From: Chiloscyllium plagiosum
Taxonomy: Eukaryota
Assembly: GCF_004010195.1 (NCBI RefSeq)
Contig: NC_057720.1
Location: forward strand, 20,946,679-20,982,028
Direction: 5' to 3'
DNA: 35,350 bases
Position 1 is the first letter of the stretch, and each line of letters opens with the position of its first letter. The position numbers and the translations under genes were made by a program. Below the pieces are notes generated by a model. The model saw only the letters and a list, made by a program, of their open reading frames with translations, had not been told where the DNA came from and searched no databases. Below are positions 12,706 to 25,297 of this stretch, piece after piece.

Positions 12706-13126
12706 TATCAGTCTGAATAAACCATACAGAATTGGGTGTCATGCTAATGATGTAACATTGACCTCTGTTGCAGCATTAAACAATTTTGATTCTTTAAATC
12801 ATATCCTAAAAATTACAGATATTAGAAGAAACTAATCCATTGCTATTTATATTTGCAGTGGAAAGCCATTTGTTGGGAGTGAATGGAGTTCCACTGATGC
12901 CAATGTTGTGTTGATACTGCACTTGCAAAGGAAACATTTTGATATCACTTGGGTCCACCCAATTAACAGGACTTTGTTGGAGGGCATAGAGAACTACACA
13001 TAGGAGGCATTTAGCTTTTATATGGAGTGTAATTTCTTTGTCATGACTGGGCAAATATCCTTTCTGCCAATGTTGTTGAAGTGTGGATGTGCACTGTTGT
13101 TTAAACATGCTTTGGTAGCCCATATA

Positions 13127-13422
13127 GGCGGCACGGTGGCACAGTGGTTAGCACTGCTGCCTCACAGCGCCAGAGACCTGGGTTCAAATCCCGCCTCAGG
13201 CGACTGACTGTGTGGAGTTTGCACGTTCTCCCCATGTCTCCGGGTGCTCCGGTTTCCTCCCACAGTCCAAAGATGTGCAGGTCAGGTGAATTGGCCATGC
13301 TAAATTGCACGTAGTGTTAGGTAAGGGGTAAATGTAGGGGTATGGGTGGGTTGCACTTCGGCGGGTCGGTGTGGACTTGTTGGGCCGAATGGGCCTGTTT
13401 CCACACTGTAATGTAATCTAAT
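13127..13422 (+). mobile_element. HE1-type SINE, best-preserved copy, with 6-bp TSD
   Basis: GGCGGCACGGTGGCACAGTGG start (A-box 13137-13147), B-box GGTTCAAATCC 13181-13191, V-domain-like body and CR1-like tail. CATATA flanks it at 13121-13126 and 13423-13428. Confidence 0.95.
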
Positions 13423-13564
13423 CATATAGTACTTAACTCGAAGTGTCTAAATGGTATTATTCAGTGACATTCTCTTCGTTAGACAGTGTTTAAGGCATTG
13501 TTTTGGGATAGGTGTGATAACTGCCATTTTCAAGAAGTTTAACAAAGGTGCTTGGGCAAATTCA

Positions 13565-14080
13565 ATGTATTGGACAGGTTAGGGGAGTGTGCAAAGAAAT
13601 GGCAGATGGAGTACAATGTGAGAAAGTGTGAGGTCATGCACTTTGGTAGGAAGAATAGAGGCATGGACTATTTTCAAAATGGGGAGAAAATTCAGAAGTC
13701 TGAAGAGCAAATAGACTTGGGAGTCCTAGTTCAGGATTCTCTCAAGATAAACCTGCAAATTGAGTCAGTAGTTGGAAAGGCAAATGCAGTGATGGCATTT
13801 ATTTTGAGATGACTTGAATATAAAAGCAGGGATGTACTTCTGAGGCTCAAGAAGGCTCTGGTCAGACCTCATTGCGTGCAGTTTAAGGTTCCGTATCTCA
13901 GGAAGAATGCACTGGTCTTGGAGCGTGTTCAGAGGAGGTTCACGAGGATGGTCCCAGGAATGAAGAGCTTAACATTTGAGGAATATTTAAGGACTCTGGG
14001 TCTATACTTGATGGAGTTTAGAAGAATGAGGTAGGGGGAGAGGGAATCTAATTGAAACATACAGAATACTGAATCGCTTG
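13565..14080 (+). mobile_element. CR1-type LINE ORF2 C-terminal fragment
   Basis: ORF 13552-13812 contains LDRLGECAKKWQMEYNVRKCEVMHFGRKN..DLGVLV. Confidence 0.9.
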
Positions 14081-14084
14081 GAGA

Positions 14085-14860
14085 AGGAAATCCTTTGCAT
14101 CTCTGCTTCAAGTGAGTGTACCTAGTTCACAATTCCTCCACTAGTGGAAACATCTTCTCAACATCTACCCTATCAAGCTCCTTCTGCATCTCACATGTTT
14201 CAATGCGACAATTCTTCGAAATTCTAATGAATGAAGGCCTGATCTGTTTCGTCATTCATGGTAAGTCACCCCTGTTATCCCAGGCATCAACCCAGTGAAT
14301 CTCTTTGGAACTGCTTCCAATGCCAGTATATCCTTTCTTAAATACCAAACCTGTATACAGTACTCCAAGGCAGCATCACCAAGACTTCCTTCCAGTATTT
14401 TTAAACTCCAGCCCTGAACACTTTTGCCTTTAATTACTTGTTTCACCTGCATGCAATTCGTTTTTGTTTCACATACAAGAATATTCAGATTCCAGTTGTG
14501 CAGAAGGGTTAGTGGACTCAGAACATTAACTCTGCTTTTTTTTCACAGATACTGCTAGAGCTGCTGAGTCTCTGTTTTATGTTAACATCCATACTGCTCT
14601 TTTTTTGTGTGTGGAGTCTCTCTCTATTTTAATTTGAATCTTCTCTTTTGTTTTGATTCGTCCTACCAAATAGCATGATCTTTCACTTGCCTATATTAAA
14701 CTCCCAACTGCGAAGTTTTTGCCCACTCACTCACTTATCCTATCTCCTTACAGACTCCTCATGTCCTTATCATAATGTGTCATCCCACCTATTTTTGTAT
14801 ATTCAGCAAATTTGGATTGATTACCTCTCAAATATAGATATTAAATAATTGAGGCCTTAA
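14085..14860 (-). mobile_element. Decayed CR1 LINE fragment(s), with a small PLE remnant near 14500-14575
   Basis: Minus ORF contains LEYCIQVW..LRKDILALEAVPKRFTGLMPG. The insert AGAAGGGTTAGTGGACTCAGAACATTAACTCTG..CACAGATACTGCTAGAGCTGCTGAG resembles 18171-18250. Confidence 0.7.
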
Positions 14861-15007
14861 AACAGTTGAATGTAATTCAAGACTAAGATGAACAGATTTT
14901 TGATTAGTAAGGGTGATGGAGGAAAGCAGGAATGTGGAGTTGAGGTTTATCCAATCAGCTATGATCCCATTGAATGGTGGAGCAGATTTGATAGGTCAAA
15001 CGATCGG

Positions 15008-15224
15008 CAGGTAGCTCTTCTATCATGCAGTGGTTGTGTTCTTGTGCAACTCTGCATTATAGAAAAATCACAATTTAGAAACAGTGCTTAAACTGTTGGC
15101 AATATAATTGTGTTGGAGCCAAACATGTTTTAAAAGTTTGCACTTTAGAAATAATGTCGGCAATTCATCATCGTGTTACGGTGAATTCGCGCTAATGAAA
15201 TGCGAGTTATAGCAGAACGAACTG
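15008..15224. mobile_element. Decayed Tigger-like MITE
   Basis: Left end CAGGTAGCTCTTCTATCA resembles the reverse complement of the right end, CAGTTCGTTCTGCTATAA. TA is present on the right flank only. It interrupts a CR1 3' tail. Confidence 0.55.
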
Positions 15225-15377
15225 TACTTATGCTCCTACACTTTATGGTTTATTGTGTGGTCAACTGTTTGCAATAAATCTGTTTTAAAAGCTGCTGTAA
15301 ATTTGTTTGAGCAACTGAATAAGCCTCTGGACCACATCTAATCTCTTTCTAATTTTGGTTTTATGTTGTTTTTCTAG

Positions 15378-15472
15378 ATTTCCTACTTATTTTATGGTAT
15401 TGGGAAGCAATTGGAGACATATATTTTATTATCCACCATTCAACAGCGCTATATGCTTACTACTATGTACTG
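15378..15472 (+). CDS. TLCD4: TLCD4/TMEM56 coding exon 4
   Basis: tttttctag|AT acceptor and CTG|GTGAGT donor; 95 nt: (D)FLLILWYWEAIGDIYFIIHHSTALYAYYYVL, with the TLC-domain HH motif. Ends in phase 0. Confidence 0.95.
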
Positions 15473-15719
15473 GTGAGTGCCGTATTAGACAATAGCAATA
15501 TTTGTGGGCAAGAAAGGACCAAGGGAAAACAGCGACAGACCTTTGCTTTAGCCAGCAATAACCAATTGTTACAGTGATTGAATTAATTTTGTGGCCAACC
15601 ACTGAATTGAGTTTAAGTACTTTCTGAATTGTTGTGCTAGTGACTTTGTAAAGATTACCATCATGGGAATTGAATTTTCTTTAAGCTACCTATGTACTTT
15701 ACCCTCTGGTTTACTGCAA

Positions 15720-15830
15720 AAAAGGAACTTGCATTTATCTATCAGATGTCCTAAACATCCCAAAGCATTTCACAGGTAATGATATTTCTTATAGGAAATG
15801 TCAAAAGCCAACTTATGGCCATTGTGAAAA
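15720..15830 (-). mobile_element. 3' tail remnant of the Deu-domain-type SINE
   Basis: AACTTGCATTTAT..ACATCCCAAAGCATTTCACAG is the reverse complement of GAAAGCACTTTGGGACATC..AAATGCAA at 17854-17906. Confidence 0.55.
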
Positions 15831-16865
15831 AGTATTATACACCCCTTTTGTGTGATGAAATAGTCTGGACAATTTATTAGTTCCACCTGTGCATTTCTAC
15901 TTTCTCCCCTGGACTAACAATTGAGCTATTTGATTGAAATTTAAAGTTGTAAATGTTTAATAAAATCTTTAGAATCAAAAGTCAATCAGATTTTTAAAAA
16001 CATTATCATTTCTGAACCACTGAACTGGACTGCCATTTGCTATCACTTATTGGTAATATATAGGTACTCTGCATTTTAAAGTTGCCCAGTTTTAGCATTG
16101 TTTCACTTTAACATTGGTAAATTATTAGAATGAGAAATTTTACTGAGCATTGAGACTGGTTATCAAGTTGTTCACAGCAGAACATCAGTGTTTGACCTGA
16201 TCGATGCGAATTTGCCAGATCTCCAGTATCTGCCACTTGTGGCCTTTTTGCAAGTGTCATACCACTGCCTGTGATCTGCAGTAGGAACCTTTCCACCCAC
16301 TGGAGTGCATACTATCTTATGGAGCTGCCACCTGATTATTAACATAACATCAACACCTCATGGACACAGGGTAAGTCCCTGCATGAGAACCGACTGCAGG
16401 GTGCCAGTCACTTCCAAGCTCAGCAGCTCCTAGTCCCATGGCCTGTGACATGATGACGCTACATAGCTTGACAGACCTGTGACACCTCCTCCCTCTCCCC
16501 TCGCCAGGAACAAGTGACAGCCTCAGCCAGCAGCCTGATGAATGAAGGATCCAGATTCCAAAAAATCCCCCCCTCTGGTTCACAGTCAGAGAGTCCACTG
16601 CAGAATGTACTGGAAGTTATGAGCGTTGCATTTCTCTCTCAAGCAGGTTTTTATTTTGTGTTATTTGAGTGACTAAATTCTTACATTTGAATGTTAAATT
16701 CAAGGACTACCTTTCAACTTACCGGGTGCAGGTATAATCTTTTCTCTCTGCTAAGTAAGGGCCTCAACTTAAACTCTTAATTCAAAACCTTTTCTCTGAG
16801 AGCCGTGATCTTCAGGAATGTTTTCACTGATGTGAAGTGAGGACAATCCACAGGTCAAAGATTTA

Positions 16866-17912
16866 CGGTGCACTGTGTAATACTCTCCCCATTGATTCGC
16901 AAGGTTCAAGGCCCATTTCAGATTATCAGCATCAAACGTTTTGACCTCCAGCACAGTACTCTGGACATGCTCTACACTGGTCAAGGTTCTTTCTTTCAGA
17001 TGAGGCTTCTGAAACCAAGGTCTCCCTTTGTTCCATTTCCAGAGTTATCACCAGCATCCTGACCAACATTTATTCTTCAATCACTATCGCAGAAAGTAAC
17101 AAATTTATATGGTTGTTACCATGTTGTGTTTTGAGGGTATTTGCACAAATTGGCTGCTGCTCTTCCTACAGCAGTGACCAGACTTCATAAAGTTCATAGT
17201 TCCTTGAAAGTGGAGTCGCAGCTAGATAAGATAGTGAAGAAGGCATTTGGTATGCTTTCCTTTATTGGTCAGAATATTGAGTTGGGAGATCATGTTGTGG
17301 CTGTATAGGATGTTGGTTAAGCCACTTTTGGAATATTGCATGCAATTCTGGTCTCCTTCCTATCAGAAGGGAGTTGTGAAACTTGAAAGGGTTCAGAAAA
17401 GATTTACAAGAATGTTGCCAGGGTTGGAGAATTTGAGCTACAGGGAGAGGTTGAATAGACTAGGGCTGTTTTCCCTGGAGCATTGGAGGCTGAGAGTGAC
17501 GTTATAGAGGTTTATAAAATCATGAGGGGCATGGATAGGGTTAGTAGGCAAGATTTTTTCCCTGGGACGGGGGAGTCCAGAACTAGCGGACATAGGTTTA
17601 GAGTGGGCAGGGAAAGATATAAAAGAGACCGAAGAGCAACTTTTTCATGCAGAGGGTAGTGCTGGTACAATTGCAGCATGTAAGAGGCATCTGGATTAGT
17701 ATATGAATAGGAAGGATTTAAAGCAATATGGGCTAAGTGCTGGCAAATGGTACTCAATTAGATTAGGATATCTAGTCGGCATGGACAAGTTGGACCAAAG
17801 GGTCTGTTTCCATGCTGTACTTCTCTATGACTCAAAGGCCCTATAGTTGGTTGGAAAGCACTTTGGGACATCTGGTAGTTGTAAAACAAGTGCAACAGAA
17901 ATGCAAAATTTT
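16866..17912 (+). mobile_element. Ancient tRNA-headed DeuSINE (SacSINE1/AmnSINE1-like), split by a CR1 insertion
   Basis: B-box-like GGTTCAAGGCC near 16903; TCTTTCAGATGAGG..AAACCAAGG; CCTGACCAACATTTATTC; GCACAAATTGGCTGCTG; resumes after 17843 as AAAGCACTTTGGGACATC..AAATGCAA. The family match is from recalled consensus only. Confidence 0.6.
17202..17833 (+). mobile_element. HER1/CR1 LINE 3' end
   Basis: ORF 17247-17507 contains LYRMLVKPLLEYCMQFWSP..LERVQKRFTRMLPGL..YRERLNRLGLFSLE. Ends TGTTTCCATGCTGTACTTCTCTATGACTC. Confidence 0.92.
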
Positions 17913-18054
17913 TAGTCATTTCATTAATATTGTTAATTGCGTTTCCTATTTGACACTAGCATTCCACAGTATTAACACACAATATTCTTATAAAAGTAAT
18001 TCCTGAGCATCTGACAGGATTTGATTATCCTTTAGTAATATACTGCAGGAATGC

Positions 18055-18300
18055 AGGAAGTGGTCAGCAGGCCAGGCAGAATCTGTGGGGAGAGGCACGA
18101 GTGAATGTTTCCAAGATGGCTGACCTCTTATTACACCAAAGGAAAACACTAAAAAGATTGTGGTGCAGCTCTGAACAAGAGTCGCTGGACTTGAAATGGG
18201 TATCTTTGCTTTCTGCTCACAGATGCTACCAGATCTGCTGAGTTTCTCCAGCAATTTGTTTTTATTTCAGATCTTCAGCATCCACAATTCTTTGTTTTAT
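18055..18300. mobile_element. Old fold-back PLE terminal fragment (second subfamily)
   Basis: CAGCAGGCCAGGCAGAATCTGTGG inverted against CACAGATGCTACCAGATCTGCTGAG. Decayed core CTGAACA-A-GAGTC-GCTG-GACTT-GAAA at 18171-18196. Confidence 0.62.
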
Positions 18301-18532
18301 TATATTGTGGTGTAATGTGTTGGTGTTGACATGTAGTTTTTGAATTAGATTACCCTATGCTTTAGATTGAAGACCCATATTCAGGCATGACAAAGACATG
18401 TCCAACCCAGCTGAGCCTGAAAGCACCTAGTTGACATAACTATGTTACAGTATAATCAAATAAAGACCTGACACAATCATGCTTATTCAGCTGTATCAGC
18501 CGATGTTCCAGACCTTTCCACCCCAAGTTCAC

Positions 18533-18856
18533 TCTACAGTGAAGAAAGAGGCCATTTTTCCCATTGAGCCTGTACCAACCTTCTAAAGAGCACCCCACCC
18601 AGACTCACCTCTTCCACACTGTCCCCATAACACTGCATTTACCATGGTTAACCCACCTAGTCTCCATATTTCTGGACACATATGAGCAATTTTGCATGGC
18701 TAGTCCACCTAACCTGCCCATCCTTGAACTGTGGGAGGAAACTGGAGTACCCGTGTAGACACTGGGAGAATGTGCAAACTCCACACAGACAGTCACTCAA
18801 GGCTGGAATTGAACCTGTAAGGGAGCAGTGCTAACCACTGAGCCACTGTGCCACCC
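18533..18856 (-). mobile_element. HE1-type SINE, diverged
   Basis: TGTGCAAACTCCACACAGACAGTCAC and GCAGTGCTAACCACTGAGCCACTGTGCC. Confidence 0.88.
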
Positions 18857-19751
18857 ACTGTTCCACTGGCAGGATCTAGCTACCAAAAGCATAGATAAGG
18901 CTGTTTGTTTTATAAGAATGAACCTGGGATGTTCGGTCCTCTGAATTTTAAGCATTTTGGTGAAGCATGGGTAAGAAAACGACTCACGCATTACCACCTC
19001 CTCCTGTCCTTCAGCTGTTGACAAATGTCGCTGTGATACAGTTCATAGACTACAATTAAAATCAGCGGTGAGGCCCTGATGGCAGCCTGGAAATCTGGGG
19101 TAATCCTCCCATGACCTTTTCCACGAGCATGTGTGTGATTTTATACTAATAGGGGAAGTAACTGCCTGGCATCAAGGTTTTGGTCCCTTTAATGATGGAG
19201 ATCCGACAGCCTAATGCTACCAGATGGATGGAGGACGGTCGACTCTTCAATTCCAGCAGCAGCTCCCATCGTGAGCTCAGTGGGGACCAACGGAGCATGC
19301 TAATGGGAATGGGAAATGGGCTGCTTAAAGGTCTCTATCAGCCTTTGAGTGGGAAGGCTGTCCTCCACTTTCTCTGCCCTGACTGAATCATGCAGGTGGA
19401 AAACAACTAGCCACCTCCACCACTCAAAACAAAATCTTCACTCCCAGCCTATTCCCATGGGCCAAACCTTTTTGGCCTTGTCTTTTGTGCTAAAGTACTT
19501 GGCTTCCCAATCATGGACATCCATGGTGAATATTCTGGTGTTTGTTCGCTCTGGCCAAATGAAGACAAATCTTCCAGCCTCATTCTAAGCCCTGTGACCT
19601 TGGTCTCTGGTGAACATAGGAAACAGGAGAAAGTGTGGGTCTCTAATCCATTCAGGCCTCCTGTGCATTTCATCTAGATCATGACTAAACTTGCACCTCA
19701 TTGTCACTTTCCTGTACCATCCCTGCGCCCCTTGATTTTGTGTATCTAGAA

Positions 19752-20068
19752 ATTAGATTACTTACTTACAGTGTGGAAACAGGCCCTTCGGCCCAACAAG
19801 TCCACACCGACGCTCCGAAGAGCAACCCACCCAGGCCCATTCCCCTACATTTACCCCTTCACCTAACACTATGGGCTATTTAGTATGGCCAATCACCTAA
19901 CCTGCACATTATGGATTGTGGGAGGAAACTGGAGCACCCGGAGGAAACGCACGTAGACACGGGGAGAATATGCAAACTCCACACAGACAGTTGCCTGAGG
20001 CGGGATTTGAACCCGGATCCCTGGCAGCAGTGAGGCAGCAGTGCTAACCACAGTGCCACAGTGCCGCC
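19752..20068 (-). mobile_element. HE1-type SINE
   Basis: Near full-length reverse complement of 13127-13422. Confidence 0.93.
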
Positions 20069-20319
20069 TGCGGTGATCTACTGATCTACCGATTTCTGTC
20101 TTGAATGCATGACTGAGTCTCCACAGATCTCTGTGAAGAGATTTCTAAAGATTCCTCACCTGAATGAAACAGTTCTTATTTTCAGACCGTGTAGGGCAAC
20201 CATTCATTCTCAGACTCTTGTCCCCCATTTGCTTTGAGAGATGAAGTCTCCCCCCCGGCCCCCAAGACATTAGAAAGATCTGTCCTGCATCCTCCTCCTT
20301 GAGTTTGAGTTGAGCTTGA

Positions 20320-21500
20320 GAGATATGCAGACCCTTTGGTCCAACACATCCATGCTGACCAGATATCCTATTCAAATCTAGTCCCATTTGCCAGTATTTG
20401 GGACAGATATCCTATACAAATCTAGTCCCATTTGCCAGTATTTGGCCCAGAGCTCTCTCAACCTTTCCTATTCATATACCCATCCAGATGCCTTTTGAAT
20501 GTTGTAATTGTACCAGCCTCCACCACTTCCTCTGGCAGATCATTCCATACATGTACCACCCTCTAAGTGAAAAAGTTGCACCTTAGATCTCTTTTATATC
20601 TTTCCCCTCTCATCTTAAACCTATGCCCTCTAGTTCTGGACTCCCCCCCCCCCCCCCCCCCCCACCTCAGGGAAAAGACTTTATCTATTTATCCTATCTA
20701 TGCCCCTCATGATTTTATAAACCTCATAAGGTCACCCCTCAACCTTCGCTGCTTCAGGGAAATTCGCCACCACCTATTCAGCCTCTTCCTATAGCTTAAA
20801 CCCTCTAATCCTGGCAACACCTCCTTGTAAATCGTTTGTAAACCCTTTCAAGTTTCAGAACATCCTTCCTGCAGCAGAGAGACCAGAATTGCATGCAATA
20901 CTCCAAAAGTGGCTAAACCAATGTCCTGTGCAGCTGCAACATGACCTCCCAACTCCTATACTCAATGCACTGACCAATAAAGGTAAGCACACCAAACACT
21001 TTCTTCACTATCCTATCCACATCTAACTCCACTTTCAAGAAACTCTGAACCTGCACTCCAAGGTCTCTTCATTCAACAACACTTCCCTGGACTTTATTAT
21101 TTAAGTGTATAAGTCCTGCCCTAATTTGTCTTTTCCAAAATGCCCATGGCCCATCTGATTAAGATCTATTGCACTCTCAGGTAATTTTCTTTGCTGTCCA
21201 CTTACTAACCATACCTCTTATTTTCACATTCAAATCATTAATATAAATGACAAAAGCAGTGAACCCAGCACCAATTCTTGTGGAACACCACTGGTAACAG
21301 GCCTCCAGTGTGAAAAGCAACCCTCCACCACCACCCTCTGTCTTCTACCTTTGAACCAGTTCTGTATCCAAATAGCTAGTTCTCCCTGTATTCCATGTAA
21401 TCTAACCTTGCTAACCAATCTACCATGAGGAACCTTGTCGAATGCTTTACAGAAGTCCATATAGATCACGTCCACTGCTCTGCCCTCCTCAATCCTCTTT
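20320..21500 (-). mobile_element. HER1/CR1 LINE RT plus 3' end, internally deleted; contains a 44-bp tandem duplication (20360-20445) and a C run (20643-20663)
   Basis: Minus ORF contains AVDVIYMDFCKAFDKVPHGRL..WIQNWFKGRRQRVVV..VTSGVPQELVLG (RT motifs). Confidence 0.92.
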
Positions 21501-24500
21501 GATTTCAGTGATGAATGAACAAGGACACAAAGGTCCCTTTGTATATTGACACTGCCCAATCTCTCAACATTTTAAGAAATGCTCTGCGTTTCTGTTGTTC
21601 ATACATTTTGGCTGAAGAAAGTTTACTTTCTCCTCCGCACCATTTTCTCATTGTTTTGTCTTAAAACAATCTCCCTTTACCAATAACAGAATCATGGCCT
21701 TCTGAGAGATGAATGTATGAATCTAGTTTGCATAAAGAAGGGAGTTTAGAACACAAATATAGAAGTGGACACAATTATTAATGTTTATTATTCCATCATT
21801 TCAAGATTTAGAAACACTGCAAAAATACATAAGAGATGTACGGTAATAATTTTTGTCCATTGAAAAGTTGCAATTTGAAACAAGGAAAAAGAAATTGGTG
21901 TGGTTTCTCCTTCCCTTTACATTATAGATGGTAGTTAGAAGTGGGAGCATAAACTGAAAAATAACAGACAGATATCCCGAGAAGCAGGGAAGATGTACAC
22001 AGCGACTAAATGATGATGGAATTTTAAAATGTAGGTTAGGCCACTCAAAGTGAGAGAAAAGTCTGAGGGGAAAATTGGATAGAAGAATGTAGGAAGTACA
22101 TTTTGTGTAAGAATTAATATAAATAAAAATTGTACTCTCAATGCTATTAATGACTACTTTTAATGATTTACTGCTGTTCTTGCTTTTCCATGCAAAATCT
22201 ATGGAATTTCCTTCAAACTAACTTATCTTTAGTGCATTATGAATAATGCATTTTTAAATAATTTTATTCTACAAGACTTTGTATTGGTAGTTCAGTATTT
22301 TAAAATGTCTCACTATATTAAAGTTAGTGAATTTGCAATGGCTTTAGACTTGTCTCTTGCTGTTCACCCTTGGTCCAAAGATTTTTTGAGACTAGCATCA
22401 CTGGGTTAGCTGATTTATCTCACTATTTTTGTAATTTTGCATGCAGTGTTTAATTGTAAGTGGGATGTAAGTTAACTATCTTCTTCTCTATCTTTACCTA
22501 TTGTAACTGTGCATGTTGCTGCATTTGTGTCTTCGATTTTGCATGTATTTTTGTGTTTCATCTGAGGGTTCAATTTTGCTACCAGCAACACGTTGACTAA
22601 AATAAGAGTGTTCTTAATTTGTGATTTGAATCTATTTCTCATTTCTATTCCCTTGCAACTCCCCTTTCCTGAGATTTAATGATCCATATTGAAGCATAGA
22701 TCTGCATGAGATGGAATTCAATGTTGGGCCATGTCTGAGTGAGCCTGAACTATTTAGACTAAACGTTGTTCAGTGATAGGGAACTGATCTTCATCTGTGT
22801 GCACTTGCAGGGGTCAGTGAACAGATTTAGAATTTCTGCTCCTTCTGTTTCCAGAGCTATTTATGTTAATTCTTGTCAGTGTACTGGTAGAAACTAGCTA
22901 ACTCTGCAATTGGCTGAAATACTGTACCACATTGGTGTATTTAACCATCAAGTGAATGGGAGTCTCACTGTACGAGTTTTGTTTTGTCCCATTCATTATT
23001 TTATTTGTGATCCTTGTAAAAGAATATCTGAAAATAGGATAGGCTATTTGTTTGTAGAGAAGTGCCAGATGAAGTCTGCCAGTATAAAAGATTCACTTAA
23101 AAGCTTTTTCATTAATCAACATATTACTGATGTGTTTGATTTTTGATGTATGTATACATTGCTGTATCATTTTGTGCCTAACCAAATACTGTTCTAAATT
23201 GATTCCAAGCTAATAAATTTGAGTAGTGGCCAATTATGGCAAGTCTTAATTCAGCATGAAGTGTTATCTAATTCTGATTTTTGAATACTGGTCATTCATT
23301 TGACACTACAGACTTGCAGTACGTCTGTAGTAAGCAAATGTGAACTTGTTTTAAGTTATCCATCCAAAATATGCACACCGTGATACTTTGCACTGCAGTT
23401 ACACTGTAACAGAAATAATTTCTACTTTTCAGTGACACAACTGAGCCAATAGATTTCAGTTGTGAAAATGTGTGTCATTTATAGACAGGCCTTTTACAAG
23501 TTACTTGTCACCTACTGTCCTCAAAAGTTTGTTCTTGTGTATAAGCAAAATATCCACCATCCCAAAGCTCTGATCAGGTTACTGATATAGAACAACTCAG
23601 CTTTTTCCGTATTACCCATGCTGGCTTGCAAGACCTATTTCCAAACATTTTTTCACAATTAATGATCTTTATTAACAAAAAGTGCAGTTGAAAACTGAAC
23701 CAATTTTTTTCTCTTCTTTGGATTATTACCAACATGTATTGAAGATCTCTTGGTTATTGGTCTAGTGCTGCAGTAGAACCCATTTTGAAAACCATATCTG
23801 AACCAGAATATGATGTCGTAAAAGCCTGTCGTCCAAAGTGGATTTTATAGAGGAGGAACAGTTGGAGCTTTTACGTTTATCTGTATCTATTTTTGAGCAT
23901 GCAATGTCTCTCAATGTTGTAAATGGAAAATTAAATCCCCACAATAGATCATTTAACCAATTTGTTGCAGCAATATTAACGAATCCTGGAGGTTAGCGTT
24001 TGTGGTGGAACATTAAATGGTTAATTTGCATGCAATCTGTCGAATTTTGTTTATTTTTAAATGAGGCCACTATATTGGTCATCTCCTGAGTAATATTGAC
24101 CTTTTTGCATTTACTTTGGCTCCAGAAGATTGGTAACTGCTTTTGTGTAAATTCTTGAAAAGGTTCCTTTTTCCTTCATCTCTCCACCGGAACTGTCAAT
24201 TTAAAAAAATAAATGGTGAATCTAAACAGAGCAAGATACTCATGTGAAGTCTGTAGTACTGGTCATATTACCACTGACAACGCTTCTGTCTTTCTGATTG
24301 CCTGAAAAATGTGGGCTAGTCAGCACCTAATACTGTCTTTCCTTTCACAGTGCTAGAATGCATGAATTTTCTGCTTCTCTGCCACTAACTGTAGTCCTAT
24401 GTGTAGATGCTGTGTAGTTGTCTAACTTCTTTGTCTTTTTTCCTTACTTACCTAATTATATACTTCAATCCCACTCACACCCTTTACCATCTGAGCTTAA

Positions 24501-25297
24501 AATGGTAAACTGCAAAACTACAAAATTAGGAGAGAATCAATTTACCTAGTGAGCTTGTATATATGTCTTGTCTGCAATTAAATGCTATTGCTATATACTG
24601 AGCAATTGTATTGTCTCGTAGTAATATGGACTTACCAGAATGTAGTGGTATTAGTATACAATGCTTTCAACCTCCATTTTTGAATGGGCTTTTCTCGTTT
24701 TTTTTCGTCATTGTACATTTCACAAGTTTATGCATTCATAATGCTGTAAGTATGCCTTAACTCTTTTTCTGTAGAGCTACCTGGTAAGATAATGATGTTT
24801 TCTTTCTCCAGATGACAGTAGACGTATCTCTGTTATATACCCAGTGGAGTTAATCACTATCTATCTAATGGAATGTAATGAATGACAGCATTGTAAAATA
24901 TTTATCTAACAGTAACAGCAGATTGCACGATGCATGTTTTATTTCTTTTAATTTCTTCATCTTCCTTACATTGTGTTTGATTCCTTTGCACCATTACTGG
25001 CCCAGAGAGAGAGAGAGAGAGAGGGTGGATCCAGATGTTTGCCACAACCATTTTGTAATTAGCTGCTGTGCAGTGTGCAAGAGCAGCTAGCCACATATTC
25101 TTTGCCAGAGGAACCACCGACAATGAATCTTCCCTGAGACTAGTATTTGGAGATGGAGAAGGAGAAGTTCACATCCTGCAGCTGTTTGATGCAGCTTACC
25201 CATCTGCATCACCATCAGAGATTATTCATGTATCTCTCTCCCCAGTGTAAATTTTCTTGTACCTCTATGCATTGCATAATGACCAGCTTCCAGATCT

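Noticed and set aside
13127..13200. tRNA gene
   Set aside because: The A/B boxes belong to a SINE head that continues into SINE body and tail with a TSD.
19040..19620. GC-richer stretch with overlapping short ORFs (similar at 16200-16600)
   Set aside because: No recognisable protein motif or splice pattern. Probably unidentified old repeats, which I cannot assign.
21230..21559. Functional reverse transcriptase gene (also 13552, 17247, 29722)
   Set aside because: Short, truncated, stop- and frameshift-ridden LINE remnants.
23305..23331. 9-bp hairpin ACTACAGAC/GTCTGTAGT
   Set aside because: Expected by chance in 35 kb; no recognisable RNA motif.
24746..24811. Two tiny GT-AG introns (29 and 28 nt) flanking the 9-mer
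   Set aside because: Too short for spliceosomal introns in vertebrates; only the microexon reading was kept.
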